From positions 4,704,001-4,768,000 of the forward strand of contig OZ250165.1 of assembly GCA_965238005.1 (NCBI GenBank): a stretch of 64,000 bases of DNA, read 5' to 3'. The translations under genes and the position numbers were made by a program. The notes under the pieces are model-generated. The model had not been told where the DNA came from and ran no database searches. It was given only the letters and a program-made list of their open reading frames with translations. The DNA comes from Longimicrobiales bacterium (lineage in GTDB: Bacteria > Gemmatimonadota > Gemmatimonadetes > Longimicrobiales > Gaopeijiaceae). Position 1 is the stretch's first letter. The number at the start of each line of letters is the position of its first letter. Below, piece by piece: positions 1-9,895 of this stretch.

Positions 1-880
1 GACGTATCCAGCCAGGACGATGCCGTCCCAGGAGAACCCGTTTGCGGGCGTAAGATTCCCCGTCACGATGAGCACACCCCTCCCACACGCAATCGAGGGC
101 GCGAGGAGGTTCCCGGTGAAGCGGGTCACCGTGAAGGAGTCGGCGGGCAAGGAACATGAAGGCCATGTGTTCTCGTAGTCCACGGGAAAGCCCGTGTTCG
201 TCAACAACGACCAGTCGATCCCCAGGGAGTCCAGGACCGCACTGTACGACCCGTAGCTCCTCGTGTCGGGATTTCCGTTGATGGAGGCTGGCCTCGATCG
301 TCAGCGTGCCCGAGCCCCGCAGCACCCCGATGATGTCCGTCTGCGTCTGCTCACACTCCGCGGCCGTGGCCTGATCGTTGCCAAGGACCCTCGCGTTCGT
401 GCGGACGTAAACGTTACCCGACGCTTGGGTCAGGGCCGCAAGGTGATCCAGGGCCACCTCCCTCTTCTTGGCCCACTGGTAGACCGTGCGACGGGCGGCG
501 GATCCGGTGAAGGTGGGGTCCGTGTAGACGCCCTCGGAGCCCAGCAGGTACAGCGATTCGAAGTCGTCGATCTCGGCGACCAACCGAGCCGTGAGGACCG
601 CGTCTCCTCCCTCGATCGAGTAGGTCACCGTATCTTCGTGAACGCCCACCTCGTTCGCCACGTACCTCTGGAGACCTGCCCGGGCGATGGACAGGGCGGC
701 TTGCGTCTCCTTGCCGTGTAAGGCCAGCTGCGCCTCGTTGAGCACTACCTGGTAACCGGCGGCACCGGCGATTCCGATGGCGAAGAGCAAGAGGACCACC
801 AGGGCGAGAACGAATCCGGCGCGTGGGTCCTGATCCCCCTGGCCTCCGATCGCCGGCGACGGCTCGCGAATCGGCCTCAT
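1..880 (-). CDS. PilX-like type IV pilus minor pilin (3' end outside window)
   Basis: Absent from the ORF track because it has no stop in the window. Manual translation from ATG 880 gives MRPIREPSPAIGGQGDQDPRAG|FVLALVVLLLFAIGIAGAAGYQ, a prepilin cleavage site without Glu5, typical of PilX/GspK. Last visible gene of the pilin cluster. Confidence 0.75.
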   Translation of the reverse strand, partial: MRPIREPSPAIGGQGDQDPRAGFVLALVVLLLFAIGIAGAAGYQVVLNEAQLALHGKETQAALSIARAGLQRYVANEVGVHEDTVTYSIEGGDAVLTARLVAEIDDFESLYLLGSEGVYTDPTFTGSAARRTVYQWAKKREVALDHLAALTQASGNVYVRTNARVLGNDQATAAECEQTQTDIIGVLRGSGTLTIEASLHQRKSRHEELRVVQCGPGLPGDRLVVVDEHGLSRGLREHMAFMFLARRLLHGDPLHREPPRALDCVWEGCAHRDGESYARKRVLLGRHRPGWIR

Positions 881-882
881 GG

Positions 883-1719
883 TCAGTTCGAGTTCCTCAA
901 CGGGATCTTCACGGTCCACTCGTCTTCGTACGCGTCGACCGCTCCCAACGAGTCCGAGGCGATGGCCGAGGCGGTCACCCGGAGGACCTCGATGCTATCC
1001 AGGGCGGCCCCGGTGATAGAGCTGCCGAAGGTCGCACCGCCGTCTTTCGAGTACTCGAACTTCGTGTCGGGCGTGATCCCGGTCGCGAACTCCCGGAGCG
1101 TGTCTCCGGTGACGCCACGGAATACGGCCAGGGTGGTGGGGTCGAGCTCCGACTCGTCGATCTTGAACTCCACCTCTTGGTAGATGATGATCACGTCGCC
1201 GACGGCCACAGTACCGGCTGAGATGCGGGCGAAGTCCTGGGACGCTCCCACGGTGTCCGCAGCCCTGCGGTTCGCACAGTCTGCCGCATCGATTGAGCCT
1301 GATGAAGCGAGAATGGATCCCCAGGTGGCGGCCGTGTACACCCAGTCCCCATTGCCGTCGACCTTAGCGTAACCGGCCACATCGATGCTGTCTATGTCGG
1401 AGAGGCCAGGCATGTACACGCGCGTAACAGAGGTGCCGCCGTCGCAGAACCCTCCCACGGCCAGCGGCAGGCGAACGACGAACCGGCGGGATTGGGCGGT
1501 GGTGACTCCGCCGCCCGAGACACCCCGGATCTCCGACGCGATGAGGTCGGACACGACCCGGAGGTTGTCCTGCACCTTCGCCCGCTCCACCACCAGGGCG
1601 TAGAAGTCATTCTGGGCCCAAAGCACCGACGCGACGAGGCTGACGATCAGGGTGGAAAGCGTGAGGGCCAGAATGGCCTCGAGGAAGGTGAAACCGTCGT
1701 CTCGGCGTGGCGCTACCAA
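883..1719 (-). CDS. PilW-like prepilin-type N-terminal cleavage/methylation protein
   Basis: RRDDG|FTFLEAILALTLSTLIVSLV class III signal. TTG at 1719 overlaps the upstream stop; the ORF-track extension to 2202 is probably spurious. Confidence 0.8.
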   Translation of the reverse strand: MVAPRRDDGFTFLEAILALTLSTLIVSLVASVLWAQNDFYALVVERAKVQDNLRVVSDLIASEIRGVSGGGVTTAQSRRFVVRLPLAVGGFCDGGTSVTRVYMPGLSDIDSIDVAGYAKVDGNGDWVYTAATWGSILASSGSIDAADCANRRAADTVGASQDFARISAGTVAVGDVIIIYQEVEFKIDESELDPTTLAVFRGVTGDTLREFATGITPDTKFEYSKDGGATFGSSITGAALDSIEVLRVTASAIASDSLGAVDAYEDEWTVKIPLRNSN

Positions 1720-2105
1720 GACCGGGTGACGAACGTCGACCCGGCGAAGGACGGACCGGTGCCACTTGCCGGAAGCAGCCATACCTTGGCGTGCCGGGCC
1801 AATGCCGTAGAATCGCTTACCAATACCAGCCAATAGAACGTCGATCCCCGAACCGAGGTGATAGCGAAAGTCGTCCCTACCGTCAGCGAGTCGTACTCCA
1901 CAACCTCCAGGCTGTCCAGCCGCTCCTGCCCCCGCACCGAGAGCTCCGACCGGATTGCCGCCCTCTCCATCCGAAGGGACAGCGTTCCCGTGAGGTTCAT
2001 CACCATGAGCACCCCGGCCGAGAATATCAACAGAGCTCCGATGACTTCGATCAGGGTGAAGCCCCCCGCGGAGGCGCGCAGGCACCTGGGACGCCGTACA
2101 TTCAA
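1713..2105 (-). CDS. PilV-like minor pilin
   Basis: GG|FTLIEVIGALLIFSAGVL prepilin motif; overlaps both neighbours. Confidence 0.85.
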   Translation of the reverse strand: MNVRRPRCLRASAGGFTLIEVIGALLIFSAGVLMVMNLTGTLSLRMERAAIRSELSVRGQERLDSLEVVEYDSLTVGTTFAITSVRGSTFYWLVLVSDSTALARHAKVWLLPASGTGPSFAGSTFVTRSW

Positions 2106-2560
2106 CGTTTGTCGACCTTCGAGGCCCCCATGCCGTTGAAGGACACATCGTATCCCGTGTCGCCTGCGACGAACCGGGCCACGCCCAAAGACGAGCCTGC
2201 ACCGCTCAAGTCACCCACGCCACGGGAATTGAAGACCAAGCTGTCTCCAGTCAGCTGAAGGTCGATGGAGTCGAGCCAGATGTCGTCCGTCTGGCTGAAC
2301 GCCCGCTTCACTATCGTATCGCCGGACTCGGACCGGACCAGGTAACTCACCTGCGACTCGTCGAAGTCGATGATCACGGTCTCTCGACTTCTCACTGCCA
2401 TCGTCCTCGCGAGTGAGATGTCCAGTGCAAAGATCTGGGCCGCTCGCTGAGCGGCCGTACGAGCCTGATAAGCCGAAAACACCCCCGCCGCCGCCGCGAG
2501 TGAGAGTGATAGGAGAAGCATGACGACCACCAGCTCGAGCAACGTGAAGCCTAGGCTCAC
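2102..2560 (-). CDS. FimT/GspH-family pseudopilin
   Basis: G|FTLLELVVVMLLL, ARTMAV and C-terminal VFNSRG; GGAGGG RBS upstream. Confidence 0.85.
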   Translation of the reverse strand: MSLGFTLLELVVVMLLLSLSLAAAAGVFSAYQARTAAQRAAQIFALDISLARTMAVRSRETVIIDFDESQVSYLVRSESGDTIVKRAFSQTDDIWLDSIDLQLTGDSLVFNSRGVGDLSGAGSSLGVARFVAGDTGYDVSFNGMGASKVDKR

Positions 2561-2782
2561 CTCGTGGTCACCCCTCCTTCACAGGCCATTGTCTCTCGTA
2601 GACCCCAAGTATCTGTCTTCCAATGCGTTACTTAAACATTGCTACGGTGTGGCCGACTTCTCAATCATTTTCTGCGATACGAGGCGGACGGGTGTGCCCT
2701 GTTCCGTGGGAGGACGGGAAGTATACCTTGTTTCGACCCATTCAAGTACCGTTCGATCCCGGGGCGGAACGAGGAGATCCCC

Positions 2783-3397
2783 ATACCCCGCAAGGCATTC
2801 CGTCTGGAACACCCTCTGGTCGCGGGGGGGCTTCTTCTTGCGCTGGCGTTACCTCTACATGGCGGCCTTCACGCTCAGGGCCCTGACGAGGGCGTGTCCA
2901 CGGACGCCGTCAGGGCCTCCTTCGGCGCTTTCCTTCGCGGCGCGAGAATCAGAGGGGGGACGGGAGCGATGCTGGGTGGCGAGGCCTCTCTCCACTTCTC
3001 CCAACACTTTTCCATCGGGGCGGCCGGAGGAGGCCTGCTGAAGGCCGTGCCTGTAGTCGAGTCCAGCTCCGACCTGGGTACCGACCTGCGCATGGGGTAC
3101 GGAGGCCTGTTATTCGGATACGAGTCTCGGACCAACCACACCGTCTCGCTGGCCGGACGCTTCCTCCTTGGCGCCGGAAATGCGGAGGTGCGGGCGGTGC
3201 CCGTGGGCAACGAGCTCGGAGCGGACAACTTCCTGGTCCTGGAGCCCGAGGTCCACCTGCGCGTTCACACCGTGGGACGACTTTACCTCGGATTCGCGGC
3301 CGGGTATCGACTGGTTCTCGGAGTCCAGGATCTGCCCACGGTGGTCGCCGACGATCTCGAGGGGGCCAGCCTGACGATCACGCTGCTGATCTCCTAG
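2783..3397 (+). CDS. Putative outer-membrane beta-barrel protein
   Basis: Signal-peptide-like N-terminus, alternating beta-strand pattern, GYGGLLFGY and GYRLV motifs. Start uncertain (ORF open from 2639). Confidence 0.6.
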   Translation: MPRKAFRLEHPLVAGGLLLALALPLHGGLHAQGPDEGVSTDAVRASFGAFLRGARIRGGTGAMLGGEASLHFSQHFSIGAAGGGLLKAVPVVESSSDLGTDLRMGYGGLLFGYESRTNHTVSLAGRFLLGAGNAEVRAVPVGNELGADNFLVLEPEVHLRVHTVGRLYLGFAAGYRLVLGVQDLPTVVADDLEGASLTITLLIS

Positions 3398-3487
3398 CGG
3401 GCCTCACATGCCGTTCAGCCGGCAGTTGGAGCTGGCTCGCCGTTCGAGGCGGGTCCGCCGCCGGCGGACACCACCTGAAGCGTGCCC

Positions 3488-6400
3488 CTACTCGGTGGAT
3501 CCGTTGGCGCGCTCGGCCATGAGGGCGATCTCCCGCACGGCCACCGAGAGCCCTGACACGGACATGGACTCCTCAGCGCGGATTTCTTCCATGAGCTCCT
3601 GAAAGCGTCCGTATTCACCCGCGCCGGTGCTGAGGGGGCCATTCCCATCCCCAGACCCCACCACCACCGTCGCAAGGGAGTAGTGCGCCCGGCTCAAGTC
3701 GGCCGCCAGTGCCTGCGCGGCCCGCTGCTCCCACCGGTCCTCGGATGCCGATCCAAAGATCGCCTGCCTGAGCCATGGAATGTGGAACAGCTCGGACACC
3801 TTGTAGTACGCCCGGCCGGCCACCAGCGTTTCGGCGCCTGTCTCCCGGGCCACTCGCAGGATCTCCAAGAGCTGGTCGAGGAAGCGGAGGGTGATCAGGC
3901 TACGGGCGAAGGCCGGCTCGGCGCCGTGCCGCTCGATCTCGGCGACGCGACGCTCGAACACGACGCGATCCTCTCCCGCCACAAAGTCCCCGAAGTCCTC
4001 ACGCAGCTTCTGGAGCTTCGTTCGATTCTCATTGATGAGGGTGGCCGTTTGGTTCTCGCTGTCGACGTTGGCCAAAAGCCAACGAGTCGTCCTCTCCAGG
4101 ACCCGCGACAGCCCTAACAGCCAACGGTACGCCACCTGTGACGAGAGCCCCGCAGCGGTGCCGCTCACCCGTCGAACCAGTTGGTCGTGCCCGGCCAGAC
4201 GCGCTGCCACGAACCAGGCCCGGGCGACGTCGGCGGCTTCACGGCCCGTGTCCCGTGCCACCCGGTTCACGAATGTCGCCCCCATGAGACCCACCAGATC
4301 GTTGGTCAGCTGGCAGGCGACAATCTCACGGCGGAGCCGGTGGAGCCCGAGGCCGTCCTTGCCGGCGGCCTTGAGGGCGGCCTTGGGGAAGTAGCGCAGT
4401 AGGTATTCCTTCGTAGCCGCATCGTCCGGGAGCTTGCTCTTCAGCAGACGCCCCATGAGCTCCATCTTGGCATATGCGAGCAACACGCTCAGCTCCGGGC
4501 GGGTCAACGAGCTCCCCAGCTCTTCGAGCCGATCGAACAAGACCTCCCACGTGGGCAGATGCTCCGTGGCCCGCTCCAGCCCACCGGTCTTCTCCAGAGC
4601 GGACATGAGGTCCCTGAAGTCGTCCAGGCCGTCCTTGGCCCGAACCTCGTCGAGGGAGACGGCGAGACTCTGGCCCTCGTTGTCGGTGAGAACCAGCTGG
4701 GCCACGGAGTCGGTGACATCCTCGAGGAGCTGGTTGCGCTCGTCCTCGCCCATGGCACCGGAGCGGACCGGGTGGCGGAGCAGGATCTTCAGGTTCACCT
4801 CCCGGTCGGAGAGGTCCACGCCGCCCGAGTTGTCGAGTGCGTCGGTATTGAGCCGCCCGCCCCGGAGGGCGAAGTCGATCCGGGCGCGCTGTGTGAAGCC
4901 CAGGTTTCCGCCTTCGCCCACGACCCGGCAGCGGAGCTCGTCGGAGCTGACGCGGACCGCTTCGTTGGAAGGATCACCTGCGTCGGCGTGGGACTCGTAG
5001 GGAGCCTTCACATACGTGCCGATCCCGCCATTCCAGAGCAGCTCCACAGGAGCCTGGAGCACCACGCGGATCAGCGACTCACCGTCGAGGGTCTCCACTT
5101 CATCCGGCACTCCCAGGGCCTTACGGGCCTCGGGTGTGAGATCGACCTCCTTCGCACCCCGGGGGACGATCATGGCGCCCGCGCTCAGGCAGTCCCGATC
5201 GTAATCGTCCCAGCTCGAGGGCCCCAGCCCGAAGAGGCGCTGGCGCTCCTTGAACGAGGTCTCCGGATCCGGATCGGGATCGATGAAGACATGGCGGTGG
5301 TCGAAGGCCGCGATGAGCATGATCTGGGTGGATAGGAGCATGCCGTTACCGAAGACGTCGCCGCTCATGTCCCCGATCCCCACCACGGTGAACGGCTCCG
5401 ACTGGATGTCCTTCCCCTCCTCCCGGAAGTGCCGCTTCACGCACTCCCAGGCACCCCCGGCCGTGATGCCCACCACCTTGTGGTCGTAGCCCTGCGATCC
5501 TCCGGAGGCGAAGGCGTCGCCCAGCCAGAAGTCGTACTCGGCGGCGACACCGTTGGCCAAGTCCGAGTACTTGGTCGTCCCTTTGTCGGCAGCGACGACC
5601 AGGTAGGGGTCGGCCTTGTCCCAGCACACCACGTGCTCCGGCGGAACGATGGCACCCTGGTGGTCCAGATTGTCCGTAAGGTCCAGGAGCCCCCGCATGA
5701 GTGTCTCGTACTGCTCCCGTGCCTCCTCGGCCATCTCGTCGCGGTCGGCGATCTTCCGGAGAGTGATGTACCCACCCTTCGAGCCAGCCGGCACGATGAC
5801 CGCGTTCTTGACCATCTGGGTGTTCACGAGCCCGAGGATCTCCGTGCGGAAATCGTCGGGCCGGTCGCTGTAGCGGATCCCTCCACGGGCGACTCGGGCC
5901 CCTCGGAGGTGGACACCCTCCATCCGGGAGGACCGCACCCACACCTCGTAGAGGAGCCGGGTACGGGCCACGTCACGTAGGGCCCTGGCCGACACCTTCA
6001 ACGAGATGTAGGGAACGCCCCCGGAGCGCCGGGTGGGCGATCGGCCCCCATTCCGGAAGTAGTTGGTGCGCACCGTCGCGTCGAGGAGCGCCACCATCCG
6101 GCGGAGCGCCCGGTCATCGGCGAGGAGCGTCACCTGGGTCATGAGCTGAGTGAGGAGGGCGCGCAGATCCTCCACGAGCACCTTGCGGTCCTTCAAGGTC
6201 ACGGGCCCCTCGGGATCGAACTTGGCCTCGAAGATGTCGAAGAAGACCCGGGCGATGTTGGGATAGCTTACCAGGGCCGTAGGCAGCGACCGTCGGCTGG
6301 GGACCGCCCCCAACTGGAACGCGTAGGCCACGTACGCCCTCAGGACGTCGGCCTCTCTCCAGGAGAGGCCGGCCAGCAGGACGAGGGCGTTCAGGGAGTC

Positions 6401-8377
6401 GTTGGTCGCGTCGCCGAAGCGGACAGCCAAAATGGCCTCGGCGAGGAGCGTCCCCTGATCGTCGGCCTCCAGCGGCCGTCCCGCGGAGTCCTGAACCGAG
6501 AACGAGTAGATGATGGCGTCGGGCACGCCCTGTCCCTTGATCTCGTAGGGCACCACCGCGATGACCCGAAGACCCGAATTCTCCAGGATGGGCATGAAGT
6601 CCGAGAGGATCAGCCTCTCCCCTAAGAGGTAGAGCTTCAGCTCGGTCGTGGCCCCCTCCTCGTCTTCGGGGCCGCCCGTGGCCAGCGAGATCGACACCAT
6701 GCGATCGTCCGCCAGCATGGCTTCCAGCTCGAGGATGTCCTGCACCGCCACCGCCGGCTCTGTGGCCGCCCGGTATTCGGGGCTGAATCCCTCGCCGTAC
6801 CGGCGCGCCAGGCGCCGAGCCTCGTCGGGAGGACGCACCTTCTCGAGGCCCCCTTGGACCCGATCCGACCAAGACCGGATGAGCTCCCGGACCAGGTTCT
6901 CGAGGTCGCGGCCCTGGACTCCCAGGATCTCGTCACCGGGAGCCGTCATGGAGAAGTGCAGTCGGGCTTGGTCCCCCTCCCCCAGCGCCAGATAGTAGTT
7001 CAGGACCTCAGCCTGGAAACGCCGACCCAGAGCTTCCTCGATGGCGCGCCGGACCTCCCCCGAGAACCTCTCCTTCGGGATGATCACCATGACCGAGAAC
7101 CCCCGGCGCAGGGGGTCTTTCCGCAGCGTGACGCGGACGTCGGCGACGTGGTACGACGTCAGGACGATCTGGACGTCGGCGCCGATCTGCTCCACCGAAG
7201 AGACGAACAGCTCCTCCTTCGGCATGGAGCTGAAGATCGTCTTGATCTCCTTGTAGTCGTGCGATCCTTCGGCGGCACCGGCGTTCTCGAGGATCAGCTG
7301 AAGCTTGCGGCGTAGGATGGGGATCTTCTCGGCCTCCTCCGCGTAGGCCTTCGAGGTGAACAGGCCGATGAAGCGGTGCTCGCCCACGACCTCCCCATCC
7401 GGCGAGAGCTTCTTGACCCCGATATAGTCCATCCGGGCGAGGCGGTGCACGGTTGAAAGAGCGTTGGTCTTGCGGATGATCAGGTGTGGCCCGCCCTCCA
7501 CCAGGTCCCTGAGCCCGGGGTCGAGGTCCCTCAGGAGAACCGGCTCTGCACAGGACGACTCGGCCTCGTTCCGCATCATGCCCAGCCCCGAGCCCGGCTC
7601 GACGACGATGGCCTTGCCGCCCTCAGTGTCGACCAGTTGGTAGCCCCGGTATCCGAGGAAAACGAACCCCCCGTCCCGAACCCAACGGAGAAACGACTGG
7701 ATCTCCCCGAGCTCCTCGCTGATGTCGTCGAGCTCTTGCATACTCTCCGCGAGCTCGGCCACCGTCGCGTTCACCGCGTCGATCATGGGATGAAAGTCGT
7801 CCGTGACCCGCACCACGTCCTGAAGGCGCCGGCTGGCCTCGTTGCGGAGGAAGTCCTGGAGCTCCGGGTCCGTCACTCGGGTCACCTCGCAGTGCACCAG
7901 GGACTCCTTGGTCTCCCCCTCTCGGGAGGAATGCACCGCGGTGATCTCGCCGTCTTCCCCCCGCTCCACGTAGATCACGGGATAGATAAGATGCTCGATG
8001 GAGAGGTCCTGCGTGTGCAGGAACTCCCGCAGGGAGTCCACGATGAACGGACGCTCCGAGATGTTCGTCCGTATAACCGTTACCGGTGCGTACCACTCCT
8101 CGTTGTCGACGTCCGGATTGAACACCTCCACGTCGACCCGGTCCGGACGGGCGTGCTGGAGAAAGCGCCAGGCGCCAAGGGCCATGCGAGCCAGCGCGTC
8201 GGAGCTGCGCTCCTGCAGAAACTCCTCGGTCGCCTTGGAGAGGAAGATCTCGGCGAACGAGATGGCGAGATCTGCCTCATCCGGGGAGATCTGTCGCTCG
8301 AGCTGCCGGCATACGGCGTCGATGGTCGGCGAGTCCTGTCGGAGTCGGCGGACAGTTGCTTCGGAAGTGTCGCTCAT
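3488..8377 (-). CDS. gdhB: Large NAD-specific glutamate dehydrogenase
   Basis: About 1630 aa with ARGGIRYSDR, VKNAVIVP, YLVVAADKGT, GIGDMSGDVFGNGML, LWNGGIGTYVK and EGGNLG. Confidence 0.95.
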   Translation of the reverse strand: MSDTSEATVRRLRQDSPTIDAVCRQLERQISPDEADLAISFAEIFLSKATEEFLQERSSDALARMALGAWRFLQHARPDRVDVEVFNPDVDNEEWYAPVTVIRTNISERPFIVDSLREFLHTQDLSIEHLIYPVIYVERGEDGEITAVHSSREGETKESLVHCEVTRVTDPELQDFLRNEASRRLQDVVRVTDDFHPMIDAVNATVAELAESMQELDDISEELGEIQSFLRWVRDGGFVFLGYRGYQLVDTEGGKAIVVEPGSGLGMMRNEAESSCAEPVLLRDLDPGLRDLVEGGPHLIIRKTNALSTVHRLARMDYIGVKKLSPDGEVVGEHRFIGLFTSKAYAEEAEKIPILRRKLQLILENAGAAEGSHDYKEIKTIFSSMPKEELFVSSVEQIGADVQIVLTSYHVADVRVTLRKDPLRRGFSVMVIIPKERFSGEVRRAIEEALGRRFQAEVLNYYLALGEGDQARLHFSMTAPGDEILGVQGRDLENLVRELIRSWSDRVQGGLEKVRPPDEARRLARRYGEGFSPEYRAATEPAVAVQDILELEAMLADDRMVSISLATGGPEDEEGATTELKLYLLGERLILSDFMPILENSGLRVIAVVPYEIKGQGVPDAIIYSFSVQDSAGRPLEADDQGTLLAEAILAVRFGDATNDSLNALVLLAGLSWREADVLRAYVAYAFQLGAVPSRRSLPTALVSYPNIARVFFDIFEAKFDPEGPVTLKDRKVLVEDLRALLTQLMTQVTLLADDRALRRMVALLDATVRTNYFRNGGRSPTRRSGGVPYISLKVSARALRDVARTRLLYEVWVRSSRMEGVHLRGARVARGGIRYSDRPDDFRTEILGLVNTQMVKNAVIVPAGSKGGYITLRKIADRDEMAEEAREQYETLMRGLLDLTDNLDHQGAIVPPEHVVCWDKADPYLVVAADKGTTKYSDLANGVAAEYDFWLGDAFASGGSQGYDHKVVGITAGGAWECVKRHFREEGKDIQSEPFTVVGIGDMSGDVFGNGMLLSTQIMLIAAFDHRHVFIDPDPDPETSFKERQRLFGLGPSSWDDYDRDCLSAGAMIVPRGAKEVDLTPEARKALGVPDEVETLDGESLIRVVLQAPVELLWNGGIGTYVKAPYESHADAGDPSNEAVRVSSDELRCRVVGEGGNLGFTQRARIDFALRGGRLNTDALDNSGGVDLSDREVNLKILLRHPVRSGAMGEDERNQLLEDVTDSVAQLVLTDNEGQSLAVSLDEVRAKDGLDDFRDLMSALEKTGGLERATEHLPTWEVLFDRLEELGSSLTRPELSVLLAYAKMELMGRLLKSKLPDDAATKEYLLRYFPKAALKAAGKDGLGLHRLRREIVACQLTNDLVGLMGATFVNRVARDTGREAADVARAWFVAARLAGHDQLVRRVSGTAAGLSSQVAYRWLLGLSRVLERTTRWLLANVDSENQTATLINENRTKLQKLREDFGDFVAGEDRVVFERRVAEIERHGAEPAFARSLITLRFLDQLLEILRVARETGAETLVAGRAYYKVSELFHIPWLRQAIFGSASEDRWEQRAAQALAADLSRAHYSLATVVVGSGDGNGPLSTGAGEYGRFQELMEEIRAEESMSVSGLSVAVREIALMAERANGSTE

Positions 8378-8653
8378 GGGTAGCTCAGGGAGAGCCTGTA
8401 TCGCGTTGGCGTCGCGACGAGCAGGGGTCGGAGATGAGTCTCTGTCCGTGATCGTCAAAGATAGAAACGGCCGTTGCTCTCTTCAAGGAGTGCGTTGCTC
8501 CTCACACCGGATATCGGCAGCCATGGAGCGGAAGGCAAGAAGCGTAACCGGATGCCGGAGCAGACGAGGATCGCCCTTTCAGCCCTGGCCCCCGCCCACC
8601 GGCTGCGCCTAGCTTTGGAACGCGGGCCACGCTTTGACGATCCCAGGCAATTG

Positions 8654-9895
8654 ATGCGCTTCATTCACGCCGCCGACGTACACCTCGACACCGCATTCTC
8701 GAGCCGCTCGGACACAGTCCGTACGCGTCTGCGAGAAGCGTCGCGTATCGCATTTCGACGGCTCGTGGATCTGGCACTCGATGAGCGGGTGGACGCCGTC
8801 CTCTTGGCCGGTGATCTTTTCGACGACGGACGGCTTTCTTTCCAGACCGAGCGCTTCCTCCTCGAGCAGCTCCACCGCCTCGAGCAGGCGGGCATCCCCG
8901 TAGTGTACGCCACAGGAAACCATGATCCCGGGCGTGAAGGGCAACGATCCGCGGATCTGGCGTGGCCCGGGAACGTAACCGTTGCGCGGGACCGCGACCC
9001 CGTGCGCATCGCAGTGGAGAGCTGCGACGGGGAGACCCTGGGCATGGTGACCGCCGCGGGGCATGAGACCTCCTCCGAGACGGTGGATCTGTCGGATGCC
9101 TTCCCGACCCCCGACGGACGCCTCCCGGAGGTGGCGGTCCTCCACTCCCAGGTAGTCGACTCCCCAGGATCCGCGGATCATCAGCGGTACGCCCCCTCGC
9201 ACCTCGAGACCCTGAGCAGCTCGGGCTTCGACTACTGGGCGCTGGGCCATGTCCACAAGCGCTCCTGCCTCTGCGAGCACCCGGGCATCCACTACCCCGG
9301 GAATCTCCAGGGACGCACGCACGGCGAGCGGGGAGCCAAGGGGTGCCTTCTCGTGGAGCTCTCCCCGGGAGCGCCCCCACGCGTGGAATTCAAGGAGATG
9401 GCTCCCATCCGGTGGGAGGACGTGGAGGTTCAGGATCCCACCGACGCCGACACGCTCGACGCCCTCGTCCGCACCGTTGCTTCGCGATGGGACGAGATGG
9501 CGGACGGCACGGGCGTATCGGGGTGGATCGCACGCGTCCGCCTCAGCGGGGCCACGCCGCTGTGGAGGGAGCTCTCGCGGGAGGAGGACCAGGAGCACCT
9601 GCGGGAGGAGCTGGCTGATCGACTCGGCGTGCTGGACCTGACTCTCCAGATCGGCAGCGTCCATCCGGAGATCCGGGCGGAGGATCACGCGGACCGAGAG
9701 GACGTGCTCGGCCAGGCCCTACGACTGGTGGCCGCGCTCCGATCCGGCGAGACCACCTTGACCGATCTTCCCAGCGATCAGCTCATCGGCCTCGACGAGC
9801 CGGATCACCTGGACGAGTACGTCAGGAAGCTCCTGCATGTAGGCGAAGAGGAGATCCTTTCACGTATGCTCAAGAGCGTCGTCGAGCAGAGATGA
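8654..9895 (+). CDS. YhaO/Mre11-like metallophosphoesterase nuclease
   Basis: Intact motifs DVHLD, AGDLFD, GNHD, LHS and LGHVH. Confidence 0.9.
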   Translation: MRFIHAADVHLDTAFSSRSDTVRTRLREASRIAFRRLVDLALDERVDAVLLAGDLFDDGRLSFQTERFLLEQLHRLEQAGIPVVYATGNHDPGREGQRSADLAWPGNVTVARDRDPVRIAVESCDGETLGMVTAAGHETSSETVDLSDAFPTPDGRLPEVAVLHSQVVDSPGSADHQRYAPSHLETLSSSGFDYWALGHVHKRSCLCEHPGIHYPGNLQGRTHGERGAKGCLLVELSPGAPPRVEFKEMAPIRWEDVEVQDPTDADTLDALVRTVASRWDEMADGTGVSGWIARVRLSGATPLWRELSREEDQEHLREELADRLGVLDLTLQIGSVHPEIRAEDHADREDVLGQALRLVAALRSGETTLTDLPSDQLIGLDEPDHLDEYVRKLLHVGEEEILSRMLKSVVEQR

